A stretch of 59,780 nucleotides of DNA from a virus (taxonomy: Duplodnaviria; Caudoviricetes). Positions 47,801 to 57,410 of the stretch are shown in pieces (the stretch's first letter is position 1; each line of letters begins with the position of its first letter). Made by a program: the position numbers and the translations under genes. The stretch covers positions 1-59,780 of the IMG/VR virus record IMGVR_UViG_3300025084_000023; one strand, given 5' to 3'. The notes under the pieces are model-generated. The model had not been told where the DNA came from. It searched no databases and saw only the letters and a program-made list of their open reading frames with translations.

Positions 47801-48418
47801 CTAAGAGGTTGTAAGAGTTCTAAAAACAGTAATATTAGCAGAAGGTACTTGGTCAAGCTGTACTTGGCTTTGAGAAACCAACCCCATATTTGAAGAGTTT
47901 GTAATCATTTTAAAAGTCAATACATCTGAGGCTGAAGCCTCAAACATAAAACTCATATTGATAGACTCTCCCCCGCCAATACCCTCATTTGCAGGATAAT
48001 ATTGAGTATCCCTAATAGTACGCATTATTTGAGTTCCATTTTTAAAAACACCAAAAGATATTTGCATCATTCCCGAAGGGTTAGTAGCTGTTACTAGTCC
48101 TTTATTTACAGCATAATCAATATAATAAACTCCTGCAGTATTGAAAGTTAAATCACCTGAGTTGCTCAAAGAAGTATTAGTGCCATCCACTCCCGAAACT
48201 CCAAAGGTAATTTGTTTAAGAGTATTTAGAGAAGGAGGTTGTTGGGAGTTAAGACTAGCAGCAGTTAGGTCTTGTGTAAAACCTATAGGACCTACCACTA
48301 ATCCTATTACATCACCAACCGTAAAGTTTTTTGTAGCTGAGTTATCATTAGCATCAGTACCTATTAGCCTGTCTGTTAATGCAGGTGCTGTTGTTGAATA
48401 CGAACTTATCTTTGGCAT
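47801..48418 (-). CDS. Putative virion protein
   Basis: KISSY...DRLIGTD...TKNFT N-terminal module; beta-rich C-terminal domain. Confidence 0.55.
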   Translation of the reverse strand: MPKISSYSTTAPALTDRLIGTDANDNSATKNFTVGDVIGLVVGPIGFTQDLTAASLNSQQPPSLNTLKQITFGVSGVDGTNTSLSNSGDLTFNTAGVYYIDYAVNKGLVTATNPSGMMQISFGVFKNGTQIMRTIRDTQYYPANEGIGGGESINMSFMFEASASDVLTFKMITNSSNMGLVSQSQVQLDQVPSANITVFRTLTTS

Positions 48419-48420
48419 AA

Positions 48421-48654
48421 CTATTTTTTTTCAGGTGGCTTTATCTCTCCTGTCTCAATATTGATGACAGAATCCTTACCGTATTTATCTATTAACTTTC
48501 TTTCTTCTTGTGCTGACTGCTCCTTAAGAGCTGACATTTTTCCTATAAGAGCGTGCTGCTGTAGGACTGTTTCACCTAACTGCATCTTGCACTTATTAAA
48601 TTCTTTTAATGAGCCTTGAAGAGACTCTAGCTCTTCACTTGTTAAATTTGCCAT
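48421..48654 (-). CDS. Small coiled-coil protein
   Basis: KYG...INIETGEI motif. Confidence 0.7.
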   Translation of the reverse strand: MANLTSEELESLQGSLKEFNKCKMQLGETVLQQHALIGKMSALKEQSAQEERKLIDKYGKDSVINIETGEIKPPEKK

Positions 48655-48688
48655 TTGATTAGATTTAGTTTCCTACAAAGATAGGAAA

Positions 48689-49078
48689 TTATTTCTTAGA
48701 CGAGCCGCCAAAGAAAAAGTCAATAATCGTATTCACCTTACTAGACATTGCTCCAAAGACTGTGCTTATAAATCCTATCTCATAATCAGACAACTCAAGC
48801 GTGTTCATTACAAAATACTTAAACATCGTGTATGATAAAAAGAAATAAGCTGCTGTAAAAATAATAGCAAGAACCTTTTGTATTATGCTGTCATCAGCAA
48901 ATAAATTACGTGCACTCTTTCTATCCTCTACTTCTAAAGCATACATTTCTTTTTCGTGGTCTTGAACAACCTCTTCAAACTTTTGCTTTAAAGCTAATCG
49001 TTCTTCATCCGTAGTAACAACCTCATCTATAATTTCAGAAGCCTGCCCTACCAATTTACCTAATATATTTTTAAACAT
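48689..49078 (-). CDS. Putative holin (start adjusted to MFKNILG)
   Basis: Two transmembrane segments, FFFGGS end; adjacent to the endolysin. Confidence 0.65.
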   Translation of the reverse strand: MFKNILGKLVGQASEIIDEVVTTDEERLALKQKFEEVVQDHEKEMYALEVEDRKSARNLFADDSIIQKVLAIIFTAAYFFLSYTMFKYFVMNTLELSDYEIGFISTVFGAMSSKVNTIIDFFFGGSSKK

Positions 49079-49526
49079 CTGCATATCTGTATTTAGTATC
49101 TCCACCCTTATCTTTATAGGCTTCGAGTACTTGGTTTCTATTGTCTTCTTTTTTTAAGGATATATGTATCCAAGCGAAGTCAAACTCGTTTATCATTTGG
49201 TCAAACTCTATACCTGAATCTAAAATCCATTCATAGATAAGCTCGTTCATCATTTTTCCGTTTTGCCAAAACTGCAGGTCCAATGCCTCACCTTTGCAAT
49301 GCTGCGAAGAACGACTACCCCCAATAGCACGATTGAGTTCCGGGTTGCGATAACCACTACTGACCCTGATAGGACCAACAGCGTCACGAAGAGGCTGTAT
49401 AAGATTGTCCACAAGGTACTGCATATTCTGTAGGTGCGTTTCAGTCGGCTCATTATCTATCCCTAATCTTTTGGCTGTATTGCTGTGTGTTATTTCAGAC
49501 AATGCAAAATTCTTACTTAATTTCAT
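49071..49526 (-). CDS. Endolysin, peptidase M15A family
   Basis: SGYR..LN..IGG...SQH..GEALD...WIHIS zinc-peptidase motifs. Confidence 0.88.
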   Translation of the reverse strand: MKLSKNFALSEITHSNTAKRLGIDNEPTETHLQNMQYLVDNLIQPLRDAVGPIRVSSGYRNPELNRAIGGSRSSQHCKGEALDLQFWQNGKMMNELIYEWILDSGIEFDQMINEFDFAWIHISLKKEDNRNQVLEAYKDKGGDTKYRYADV

Positions 49527-49541
49527 TACTCAGTTTTTTGC

Positions 49542-49640
49542 TTAAGAATGCGTTAAAAATATAAACCCTACTATATACAACACTACCATAGTAGTCCAAA
49601 AAAATGCAATGGCTATAGTAGAATTATGTACCTTCTTCAT
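49542..49640 (-). CDS. 32-aa single-TM peptide in the lysis region
   Basis: ORF read manually: MKKVHNSTIAIAFFWTTMVVLYIVGFIFLTHS. Confidence 0.45.
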   Translation of the reverse strand: MKKVHNSTIAIAFFWTTMVVLYIVGFIFLTHS

Positions 49641-49642
49641 AA

Positions 49643-49801
49643 CTATGGATTATTTTTTTTATAAGCTGTGTGAAAATTATATATCGTATAGGCTAGACCT
49701 ACAACTAAAGCCGCTAGTCTTAAAGCCTGTTCCACTTCTGTAAAGCTAACTCCTATTGCCGCACCGTTCACTAGTATGTTTTTTATCGAGTCTTTATCCA
49801 T
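49643..49801 (-). CDS. 52-aa holin-like membrane protein
   Basis: ORF read manually: MDKDSIKNILVNGAAIGVSF...ALVVGLAYTIY..KKNNP. Confidence 0.6.
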   Translation of the reverse strand: MDKDSIKNILVNGAAIGVSFTEVEQALRLAALVVGLAYTIYNFHTAYKKNNP

Positions 49802-49802
49802 C

Positions 49803-50096
49803 TTACCACTTTGCTTTATCCGCCCAATACGCAGCAGAACATTTACCTTTAGCTATATTCTTTGCGTGACGTGCCTTGAACGAACGTCTCTTTGCACTCA
49901 TCTTTGAGCCCTCACCTTTTTTAGGAGCTCCGGCTGTTTTTGCACCTTGCTCACCAAAACGTATTGTCTTAACCTTACCGTTGCAGTTGGTTACTACAAT
50001 ATGTGATTTCTTTGGATGACTTGGTGTTCTCTTTGGTTTGTTAAGACCTGATACACCGGCTCTCTTTATTGCTGATGCTTTTCTTTTGCTATCCAT
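49803..50096 (-). CDS. Conserved basic phage protein
   Basis: IRFGEQG...RRSFKARH...AAYWA.K.KW. Confidence 0.75.
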   Translation of the reverse strand: MDSKRKASAIKRAGVSGLNKPKRTPSHPKKSHIVVTNCNGKVKTIRFGEQGAKTAGAPKKGEGSKMSAKRRSFKARHAKNIAKGKCSAAYWADKAKW

Positions 50097-50147
50097 ATGT
50101 ACTTTATTTTTGTACAGTTAAATGTTGCTGTTGTTGTCCACATACTA

Positions 50148-50507
50148 TTATGTATCTAAACTTTCTGAGTTGTCTCGAATAAATTTAGCTGCCTCAGTTC
50201 TAGTCATTAAACAATTGTTTGGATATTCTTTACCCTTACCTAAATCAAGCAATGCAGAAAGCTCTCCATCTATCCAACTTGCTTCGAGTTCTACTATATG
50301 AAGTTTAGCGTTTCCAATTTTAACCATAGGAACAGAACCAAACTTTCTGCGGTTATACTCTCCAAGCTCTTTGAATGTTGGATGAATTACTCCGTTTTGA
50401 ACACCCTCTTCATCGTACTCAGGTATTCCGTAAGTAGCTACTAACTCTGTTGGTATTAGTTTATTAAAAGTTGTGTTATCTAAACACATATATACATTTC
50501 CTCTCAT
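50148..50507 (-). CDS. Hypothetical protein
   Basis: ORF track. Confidence 0.65.
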   Translation of the reverse strand: MRGNVYMCLDNTTFNKLIPTELVATYGIPEYDEEGVQNGVIHPTFKELGEYNRRKFGSVPMVKIGNAKLHIVELEASWIDGELSALLDLGKGKEYPNNCLMTRTEAAKFIRDNSESLDT

Positions 50508-50512
50508 AATAC

Positions 50513-52660
50513 TTAATCGTTTGTATGTGCAGATAAACCTGCGTTATAATTGTTTTCTATTTCGGTTGATGTAAGGACTGTATCGTAAATTAAAACATCA
50601 CTTATTAAACCATCAAGAGTTTCAGTTCCTATAGAAAACTCTGTCCATAAATTAATATTTATTCCTGTAAATGTATAGAAGTGCCAATCATTGTCATACA
50701 AAGGTTGACTGCTAGAAACAGCGTTATCAATAAATGTATTTATAGTTGCTGTACCTCCATTTGACCAAGCATTATTATTAGTTCTCCCAATATATTCTTT
50801 AGCTACAGCACCTTCTAATATAGTGAAATTAGTATCTGAAGTCTTTAACCAAAATTGTAAAGTACCATTAGTAATTCCTAATGAAGTACTATCATCCACC
50901 TTAGCATAACCTGTTCCATCTAAATTAAACGAGTTCAATCTATCTCGAACTGCGTTACCTAAGATGTCTTCAGATGTGTTGTTTGGTTTAGGTATTAAAG
51001 TAACCTCATCTGCCACAGGGGTACTCTTCGCCCAATTCATCATACCTAGTTGTTGTATTCTTGGTTGAGCAGGTTCGTATGCAGCACCATTTATATAACC
51101 TACACTTATTTCTTGAAGAGCAACATTATCTATTGTAACATCTGTGCCACCTGTTTGCCCTCCTTTTCTTTTTATTGTAAGTTCATCTATGTTTCTATTC
51201 CAAGTAAAAACAAGTTTTCTGTTTGTGCCTGTGGTTGAAGTGTTTAAATCTAAATCAGATGCTTGTTGTAAAGCTAGTAAATTCCCATTTGTAGCAATAA
51301 CATCATAAGTAAACACAAATGTTTTACCAAATGGATTATTTGTAAGGAATTGCTTAACAAATGCAATTCCACCTGTAACTGTATTATTTACCCTCGCACC
51401 ACTTGCAGTTATTTCTGTACCATTTCCTATATCCCAATTATTATTTGGTAAGGGAAAATCTCCATCAACAACCACATCAGCTCCTAATGGAACTGCACTA
51501 TTGTAAGCTAATGAACCTGCACCCTCACTCATTGCCCAATATGCTTTTAAATTAGATAAAGTTATTGATGTACCACTTCTATCAGTTACTAAGTTTTGAG
51601 GATTTGCGTAATCGTATGCGATGTCATCTGTACTCCAATAAGCATTATATATTTGGAAGTCTGACAGACTACCATCTAGTCTTTGTGTTGTACCAAAATT
51701 ATTTCTTCCTCCAATAACTGAATTGTTAATATTGCTATAATTATGAGCTGTGGCTAATGATTGAGTTGTTCCTGATTGTATACCATTAACATAACACTCA
51801 ACTGTTGTAGGACTTACTCTAAATACTACTCTTTGCCATTCATTTTGAGTTGGTGTACCAAATTGCCTAAATCCACCGGGATTGTTATACCAAGCAAATT
51901 TTTGTGGGTCTGAGTTTTCCTGAAATAAACCCAATATACTTCTTTGATTAGTACCTACAACATCTAAGTCCATTATAAACTGATATGTAGTAGCTTTAGG
52001 GTAAATCCAAAAGGCAAAGGTAAAACTTGTACCTGCCATTTCAAAACCTGTTGTATTTACATAATCATTAGCCCCATCAAAATCAAGAGCCTTACCTGTA
52101 AACAACTCACCTACATTATTGTTACCCGATTTGTCAGGTGTGATTTGGGTTAGTTCTTTAAGTGAAACGCTTTCAATAGTTATGTCTACATTTGCACCAT
52201 TTCTATAAAACTGTATTGGATTTGATGAGTTAGAAACAGCAGTAAAACTATATGTAAATGTATCAACAGAATCAAATAAATAGTTTACACTTCCTGTTGC
52301 ACTGTTTTGAATTTTAATTCCACTTGAGCCTTGATATTCACTTATAACAACCTTAATTTCATAACTTCTACCACTTACAATATTTGCAGTATCACTTGTA
52401 AATGTTAATAATGGGCTTGTAGTATCTGATTTGAATCTTGCCCCATTAGATGTATGTGTTACTGTATGCGTGCTATCACTATCTGCAATTGACCAATTGC
52501 TTAAATCAGTAGCAAAATCTCCATTAACAACTTCCTCCCTACCTAATGTTTCGCTCGTTTCAAATCCAAGCCACATCTTTAGATTGGTTGTGATTACCTT
52601 TGCTGCAGCCGCACCGATTCTCCTAGCTACCTGTATTGCATTTGCTATAGATATTTGCAT
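50513..52660 (-). CDS. LamG/concanavalin-like domain virion (fibre/receptor-binding) protein
   Basis: ALDFDGANDYV, FTFAFWI, GSLSDFQIYN, second LamG domain at the C-terminus; NGDF modules. Confidence 0.75.
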   Translation of the reverse strand: MQISIANAIQVARRIGAAAAKVITTNLKMWLGFETSETLGREEVVNGDFATDLSNWSIADSDSTHTVTHTSNGARFKSDTTSPLLTFTSDTANIVSGRSYEIKVVISEYQGSSGIKIQNSATGSVNYLFDSVDTFTYSFTAVSNSSNPIQFYRNGANVDITIESVSLKELTQITPDKSGNNNVGELFTGKALDFDGANDYVNTTGFEMAGTSFTFAFWIYPKATTYQFIMDLDVVGTNQRSILGLFQENSDPQKFAWYNNPGGFRQFGTPTQNEWQRVVFRVSPTTVECYVNGIQSGTTQSLATAHNYSNINNSVIGGRNNFGTTQRLDGSLSDFQIYNAYWSTDDIAYDYANPQNLVTDRSGTSITLSNLKAYWAMSEGAGSLAYNSAVPLGADVVVDGDFPLPNNNWDIGNGTEITASGARVNNTVTGGIAFVKQFLTNNPFGKTFVFTYDVIATNGNLLALQQASDLDLNTSTTGTNRKLVFTWNRNIDELTIKRKGGQTGGTDVTIDNVALQEISVGYINGAAYEPAQPRIQQLGMMNWAKSTPVADEVTLIPKPNNTSEDILGNAVRDRLNSFNLDGTGYAKVDDSTSLGITNGTLQFWLKTSDTNFTILEGAVAKEYIGRTNNNAWSNGGTATINTFIDNAVSSSQPLYDNDWHFYTFTGININLWTEFSIGTETLDGLISDVLIYDTVLTSTEIENNYNAGLSAHTND

Positions 52661-52663
52661 AGA

Positions 52664-53140
52664 CTACCAAAGAGCTACAATATTAGTTGCTATCGTTCCT
52701 GTAGCAACAGTCGCATTCACCCTTAGTACTTGAACAGGTATAAATAATCCTGCAGGCAATCCTGCAAACTCAACGGTATCACCACCGGTTGTTAGAACGC
52801 TAATAGTTCCTTCACCACCGCAGTATAACACACATCCGTTCTGAGAGTTATTTGCTTGTGAATAGATAGTATAAGCTGTAGCTGTTGGTATACTAACTGA
52901 AGTACTAAGAACAGTGGCACTATCAATAGCGGTTACTGTTGCTGCAACTGTACCTGCATATATAATGTCACCAATAGATACTCTTTTATCTAAAAAAGAA
53001 GCATCACCATCAGTTAATTTATTTGCCGTACCCGCTGTTGTTTCTCCTGTAGCTGAAACTGCAGCTACATTTGGAATGTTTATAGTATCGCTAGGAATTA
53101 CAGCTAAAGCTCTACCTGCTTGTAATTTTTGATATGCCAT
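52664..53140 (-). CDS. Putative virion protein
   Basis: VLYCGGEG...F.GLPAG.FIPVQV.RV...T.ATNIVALW. Confidence 0.65.
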   Translation of the reverse strand: MAYQKLQAGRALAVIPSDTINIPNVAAVSATGETTAGTANKLTDGDASFLDKRVSIGDIIYAGTVAATVTAIDSATVLSTSVSIPTATAYTIYSQANNSQNGCVLYCGGEGTISVLTTGGDTVEFAGLPAGLFIPVQVLRVNATVATGTIATNIVALW

Positions 53141-53304
53141 TACTTGTTATCTTTATTGTAGGGGAAGACCCTGTTTAATGTATCCTTTCTTTGACCGCAC
53201 CCGCAATCTTTACCTGTAGCTTGTGCAATCTTATTGACAACAGTCTTTATACCCGTTGCCTTCGTGAACTTCTCTACAGTATCTCCTAATCCTTTTGACT
53301 CCAT
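53140..53304 (-). CDS. 54-aa conserved phage protein (SKGLGDT...DCGC)
   Basis: ORF read manually; TAATG coupling. Confidence 0.7.
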   Translation of the reverse strand: MESKGLGDTVEKFTKATGIKTVVNKIAQATGKDCGCGQRKDTLNRVFPYNKDNK

Positions 53305-53308
53305 TTAA

Positions 53309-53659
53309 TTACCTTTTTATTTTAGATTCAAACTTAGAAGAACCTTTACCTGTAAGTTTAATTAATTGCTTATTAAGTTTTGTTGCGTCTTTAGAAATGT
53401 CACGCATTGATTGAGTAAAACTACTATAACCTCGCTTTGTTTGAACTTCTTTCGCACTTTTAAAAGACTCTTCTAAGCGATTAATCTTATCTTTAATCTT
53501 TTTAACTTTTACCTTATCTAAAGGTTTTGGACCTACAAGAGGTTTATCTTTAGCTTTGTTAGTGTCAGACTTAAGGACCCCAAAAGATTTCTTTTTCTTA
53601 GGAGGGTCTCCAAACGTAGACGCTAAAGGCTTGCCTAAATCTCTTTTATAGCTAGCCAT
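53309..53659 (-). CDS. Lysine-rich hypothetical protein
   Basis: ORF track. Confidence 0.6.
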   Translation of the reverse strand: MASYKRDLGKPLASTFGDPPKKKKSFGVLKSDTNKAKDKPLVGPKPLDKVKVKKIKDKINRLEESFKSAKEVQTKRGYSSFTQSMRDISKDATKLNKQLIKLTGKGSSKFESKIKR

Positions 53660-53877
53660 TACTTCTTGATTATAGAACTTAAGTGCGCTCCTACTTTACC
53701 GCCTTTAATACATTGGTGTTCGTATGACATTGAGTGGTCTCCACCATAAGCGTGACCTGAATCTTTCTTAGACATAGCCTTCGACTCATCTCTTCTTGAC
53801 TTCATTGACTGAGACTTCTTTCCGTTCTTAGCCCCTAATGATTCATCTAATCTTGAATTGTAACCTTGCTTTTTCAT
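53659..53877 (-). CDS. Basic hypothetical protein
   Basis: QGYNSRLDESLG motif. Confidence 0.7.
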   Translation of the reverse strand: MKKQGYNSRLDESLGAKNGKKSQSMKSRRDESKAMSKKDSGHAYGGDHSMSYEHQCIKGGKVGAHLSSIIKK

Positions 53878-53895
53878 AATATTTTTTTGTTTCTA

Positions 53896-53927
53896 CAAAG
53901 ATAGCAAATTATTTTGTGCTACTTTTG
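53896..53927. promoter_or_regulatory. Back-to-back -7 promoter boxes
   Basis: CAAAGATA (53896-53903, - strand TATCTTTG) and TACTTTTG (53920-53927, + strand). Confidence 0.65.
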
Positions 53928-53955
53928 TTACTACAAATCTACAAAATTTAATCGA

Positions 53956-54390
53956 ATGAATAATGACTACCTAAAGTATTGGCGTGTAATAAGATACTTC
54001 ATAAAAGCTAAGTACAATCTAACACAAGGCGACTTAGATGTGGTGCTATTTTTAAACTCAGAAGGTTACTTCGATAAAGCAAAGTTTGATGAGTTCGATG
54101 AACTACTTAGTTGGGATGAAGGAAGGTTTAAAAGATTGCTGCGTGATGGATGGATACAGGTGTTTAGAAAAAGATGCGGCCCAACCAAAACAATATACGT
54201 GCTCTCATACAAAGGCAAAAGAGTATGCACCTCAATCTACAAGAAACTAAACGGTGAAGAAATACCAACTAGTTCAGCAGGTAACCCTATGTTTGCAAAG
54301 AATGTGAAGTACACCGATAAGGTGTATAGGAACTTTATTAAAGAGATGAACGCTGCTACACGACAACAACGACATCGTGCTCCTGAATAA
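53956..54390 (+). CDS. Winged-helix-like putative regulator; the only + strand gene in the late arm
   Basis: Start adjusted to MNNDYLKYW; F.RL.RDGWI...Y.LS.KG wing pattern. Confidence 0.6.
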   Translation: MNNDYLKYWRVIRYFIKAKYNLTQGDLDVVLFLNSEGYFDKAKFDEFDELLSWDEGRFKRLLRDGWIQVFRKRCGPTKTIYVLSYKGKRVCTSIYKKLNGEEIPTSSAGNPMFAKNVKYTDKVYRNFIKEMNAATRQQRHRAPE

Positions 54391-54613
54391 TCGTAAACTG
54401 CTCGTTCTCAATAAACATAGAGTAACCGGCCCTGCTATCGTAGTATATCGTGTCACCCTTGTTGATTACATTCACGTCAGTACCTGATTCAGATACATTA
54501 GCTTTCTTATAGCGTATACCATCAACGTCATCACCTGACAAAAGAAGTCCTGACTTGGTTTTTACCTCTTCCTTGATTTCTTTAATCGCTATGTATTTTC
54601 CTATTGGTTTCAT
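54356..54613 (-). CDS. groES: Co-chaperonin GroES
   Basis: KPIG...TKSGLLL mobile loop...GDTIYY...IIQEHDVV. Confidence 0.88.
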   Translation of the reverse strand: MKPIGKYIAIKEIKEEVKTKSGLLLSGDDVDGIRYKKANVSESGTDVNVINKGDTIYYDSRAGYSMFIENEQFTIIQEHDVVVVV

Positions 54614-54843
54614 TTTCTTTCTATTTTATTTTGAGTTTCAATCCAAACCTTAGCACCACAAGATAAAGGTTTATTTGGGCTGTAAACTACCTTAGCAGCC
54701 TCTAAACCGTCTTGCCCGTATATAATAGCTTCGTGAGCATAGTCGTTTGTCTTATAGGTCTTGCAAGTAAGAACAGGTTCGTTTTCCCCTTTCTTTGCGT
54801 TAGATTTAATTATATGTTGATTAACATGGATAATTGTTTTCAT
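54610..54843 (-). CDS. Conserved phage hypothetical protein
   Basis: IHVNQH..K.N...KPLSCGAKVWIET. Confidence 0.75.
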   Translation of the reverse strand: MKTIIHVNQHIIKSNAKKGENEPVLTCKTYKTNDYAHEAIIYGQDGLEAAKVVYSPNKPLSCGAKVWIETQNKIERK

Positions 54844-55500
54844 CTAGTATCCTGTTAAAAGTTTTAGTACGTCATTTATTGCTTGGTGTCTGTGGTTATC
54901 CTCTAGGATTACCTTGAACACGTGCTTGCTATCCTTAATCTTATGAACGTCATCAATCGCTGAGTTTAGCGTAGACCCTAAGTCAATCTGTTGATTATCC
55001 CCGCAGAATATCATTATTGAATCCTTACCTAATCTACCCAACGCCATACGTAGCTGTGGTTTGGTTAGGTTCTGAAACTCATCCACAATAACTACAGCGT
55101 TGTCAAATGTCCTACCCCTGAAGTGCGCAAGAGATACAAGCTCAATCTCCTCTTGCTCCACCATCTTTGCTATCTTCTCAGGCTTGTTATAAACCTTACG
55201 CATATTAGACATTATGGGTACAAGCCAAGGCTCTAGCTTCTCCTTCTCATCACCGGGTAAAAATCCGTTGTCCTCAGTAGCTACGGTAGGTCTTGTGATT
55301 ATTATCTTATCATACTGCCTTTTAAAAAATAAATCCAAAGCCACCTGTACGGCTAAGAGAGTCTTACCTGAGCCTGCTTTACCTACAATGAAACTGTAGG
55401 CGTGATTCATTATATTCTCCTTTGCTTTCTTTTGCTCGTCCGATAAAGTTATATTGAACTTCACGTTTCCCCTAGGTGGCTTCTTATCTTTATTGCTCAT
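54844..55500 (-). CDS. phoH: PhoH-family ATPase
   Basis: GKAGSGKT, ITRP, GFLPG, RGRTF, VDEFQN, GDNQQID. Confidence 0.92.
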   Translation of the reverse strand: MSNKDKKPPRGNVKFNITLSDEQKKAKENIMNHAYSFIVGKAGSGKTLLAVQVALDLFFKRQYDKIIITRPTVATEDNGFLPGDEKEKLEPWLVPIMSNMRKVYNKPEKIAKMVEQEEIELVSLAHFRGRTFDNAVVIVDEFQNLTKPQLRMALGRLGKDSIMIFCGDNQQIDLGSTLNSAIDDVHKIKDSKHVFKVILEDNHRHQAINDVLKLLTGY

Positions 55501-55639
55501 CTAAATTTTTTATTCGTTTATTTAGAACAGCTACAGTCGTTACAATTTTGTGCTTTACTCTTAGATACCTTTGAACAACGCTTAGCGTCATACCTTTTTT
55601 GATTGAGGCTCGAAGAGCTTTTGATATTATTCCACGCAT
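55490..55639 (-). CDS. 49-aa basic hypothetical protein (MRGIISKALR...)
   Basis: ORF read manually; overlaps the phoH start. Confidence 0.5.
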   Translation of the reverse strand: MRGIISKALRASIKKGMTLSVVQRYLRVKHKIVTTVAVLNKRIKNLDEQ

Positions 55640-55748
55640 CTTTAATTGCTTTGATTAATACTGATAAACTACTTATCACTTGAGAAGGCATTTACAATAA
55701 CAGATATTGATGTTATTGTGGCTATTATAATTATAATGTTTGAAATCA

Positions 55749-57356
55749 TTACTTTGTCTCATAACTTCGTGCCATCGTTACAATAGCGTTAGTACTTAGA
55801 AGAGTGACAGCTACTGACACCGCATTTTGAAGTGCGCTCTTTGTAACCTTCATCGGGTCAATAACACCCATTGTCATTAATCTCCCTCTCTTGTCATTCT
55901 TTACGTCATATCCGAAACCTCTTGGCGTTTCATCATTATACAGGTCATCATATTTCAGCCCTGCATTTGACAGTATAGTATTGATAGGCGCAAGCAATGA
56001 CTGCTTAAGTATCTTGTAAGCAACCTTCTTCTCATCAGACCACTTATCACTTATAGTCATAAACCTTGAGATGTTCTCAAGAGCTAAGCCACCACCCGGT
56101 AGTATACCTTCGAGCGTAGCTGAACGCACTGCACATACAGCATCGTCAACCCTGTCATACAACTCTTTATGTTCTAACTCAGTCTGACCTCCTACGTATA
56201 TCACTCCAACACCACCGGTAAGAGATGCTATTCTTGATTGAATAAACTCTTTCTCTTCCTTTGTTTTAGATATTTCACACGCTCCGTGTAGCTGTGATAC
56301 TCTCTCGTTAATATCATCCTGAGATACAACAGACTCATCTTTCACTATAATCGTAGATGCTCTATCAACTATAACCTTCTTAGCTCTACCTAAATCATTT
56401 GGCATAATTAAACTCAAATCATCACCGGTCTTCTCACTGTAGTAAGTAGCACCAACTGAAAGAGCAATGTCATTCATCAACTCGTGCTGCTTGTAACCAA
56501 AGTTAGGCGGCTGAACACAACATATCTTTAAACCATTCTTCATCACGTTAGCCGATAACGTATTAATCACGTTAGTTGAGCAAGGTGCAATAATAAGCAA
56601 TTTACTACCCTCCTGTATGATTGGCTTTAACACATTCTCAATCTGTAATATATTACTTATCTCAGCGTCACTAACCAATACACGAACATCCTCAAAGATA
56701 CACTCGTCCTTCTTGTGATTGTTTACAAACAAGTTAGATGAGTATCCTCTATCTACTTTTATTCCTTTTGTAGTCTCAAAGTATGTATTAGGGGTTTGCG
56801 AGCGTTCAACAGTAACAATACCATCCTTACCTACCTCTTTGTAGACATCTGCTATCACACCACCTATAAATGGGTCGTTGTTAGCTGATATGGTTGCTAC
56901 ACTAGCCAAAGTCTTATCAGTAACCGGCTTACTCATTTTATTAAGACTCTTCACAATATCTTCTGTACCCTTAACCATTTCACGAAAGACAGCGGTCTTA
57001 TTCAACCCGTCTTTTATATGCTCGTCTCCATTTCGAACCAAGGCGTTAGATAACACTATAGCCGTTGTGGTTCCATCACCCGCAGATACAGCAGTCTTCT
57101 CCGCAGCCTCTTTTACAATTCTGACTGCAAGATTCTCCACAGGGTCAAGCAAGCTAATAGACTTAGCCACTGTGACTCCATCCTTAGTAACCGTCATTCC
57201 CGATAAATGTTCTTGTGATTCGATGAGCACTGTATGACCTTGAGGTCCAAGCGTGCTCTGTACTGCGTTAGTGATTTTCTCTAGACCATTAAACAATTTA
57301 GTTCTACCTTCATCTGAGAAATGTAACTCCTTTGGAGTGTAACCTGATTGATTCAT
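55749..57356 (-). CDS. groEL: Chaperonin GroEL (phage type, no GGM tail)
   Basis: TLGPQG, TKDGVTVA, AGDGTTT, ATISAN, GILPGGG, GVIDP. Confidence 0.95.
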   Translation of the reverse strand: MNQSGYTPKELHFSDEGRTKLFNGLEKITNAVQSTLGPQGHTVLIESQEHLSGMTVTKDGVTVAKSISLLDPVENLAVRIVKEAAEKTAVSAGDGTTTAIVLSNALVRNGDEHIKDGLNKTAVFREMVKGTEDIVKSLNKMSKPVTDKTLASVATISANNDPFIGGVIADVYKEVGKDGIVTVERSQTPNTYFETTKGIKVDRGYSSNLFVNNHKKDECIFEDVRVLVSDAEISNILQIENVLKPIIQEGSKLLIIAPCSTNVINTLSANVMKNGLKICCVQPPNFGYKQHELMNDIALSVGATYYSEKTGDDLSLIMPNDLGRAKKVIVDRASTIIVKDESVVSQDDINERVSQLHGACEISKTKEEKEFIQSRIASLTGGVGVIYVGGQTELEHKELYDRVDDAVCAVRSATLEGILPGGGLALENISRFMTISDKWSDEKKVAYKILKQSLLAPINTILSNAGLKYDDLYNDETPRGFGYDVKNDKRGRLMTMGVIDPMKVTKSALQNAVSVAVTLLSTNAIVTMARSYETK

Positions 57357-57379
57357 TTTGTACTTGATTTGATTTAATG

Positions 57380-57410
57380 CAAATATAAGACATATTTTTT
57401 AATACGCAAA
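57380..57410 (-). promoter_or_regulatory. Bacteroidota promoter for groEL
   Basis: On the - strand, TTTG-N19-TATATTTG. Confidence 0.75.

Noticed and set aside
16330-57237. Numerous 60-190 aa + strand ORFs in the late arm and - strand ORFs in the early arm
   Set aside because: Antisense shadows of longer, well-supported genes
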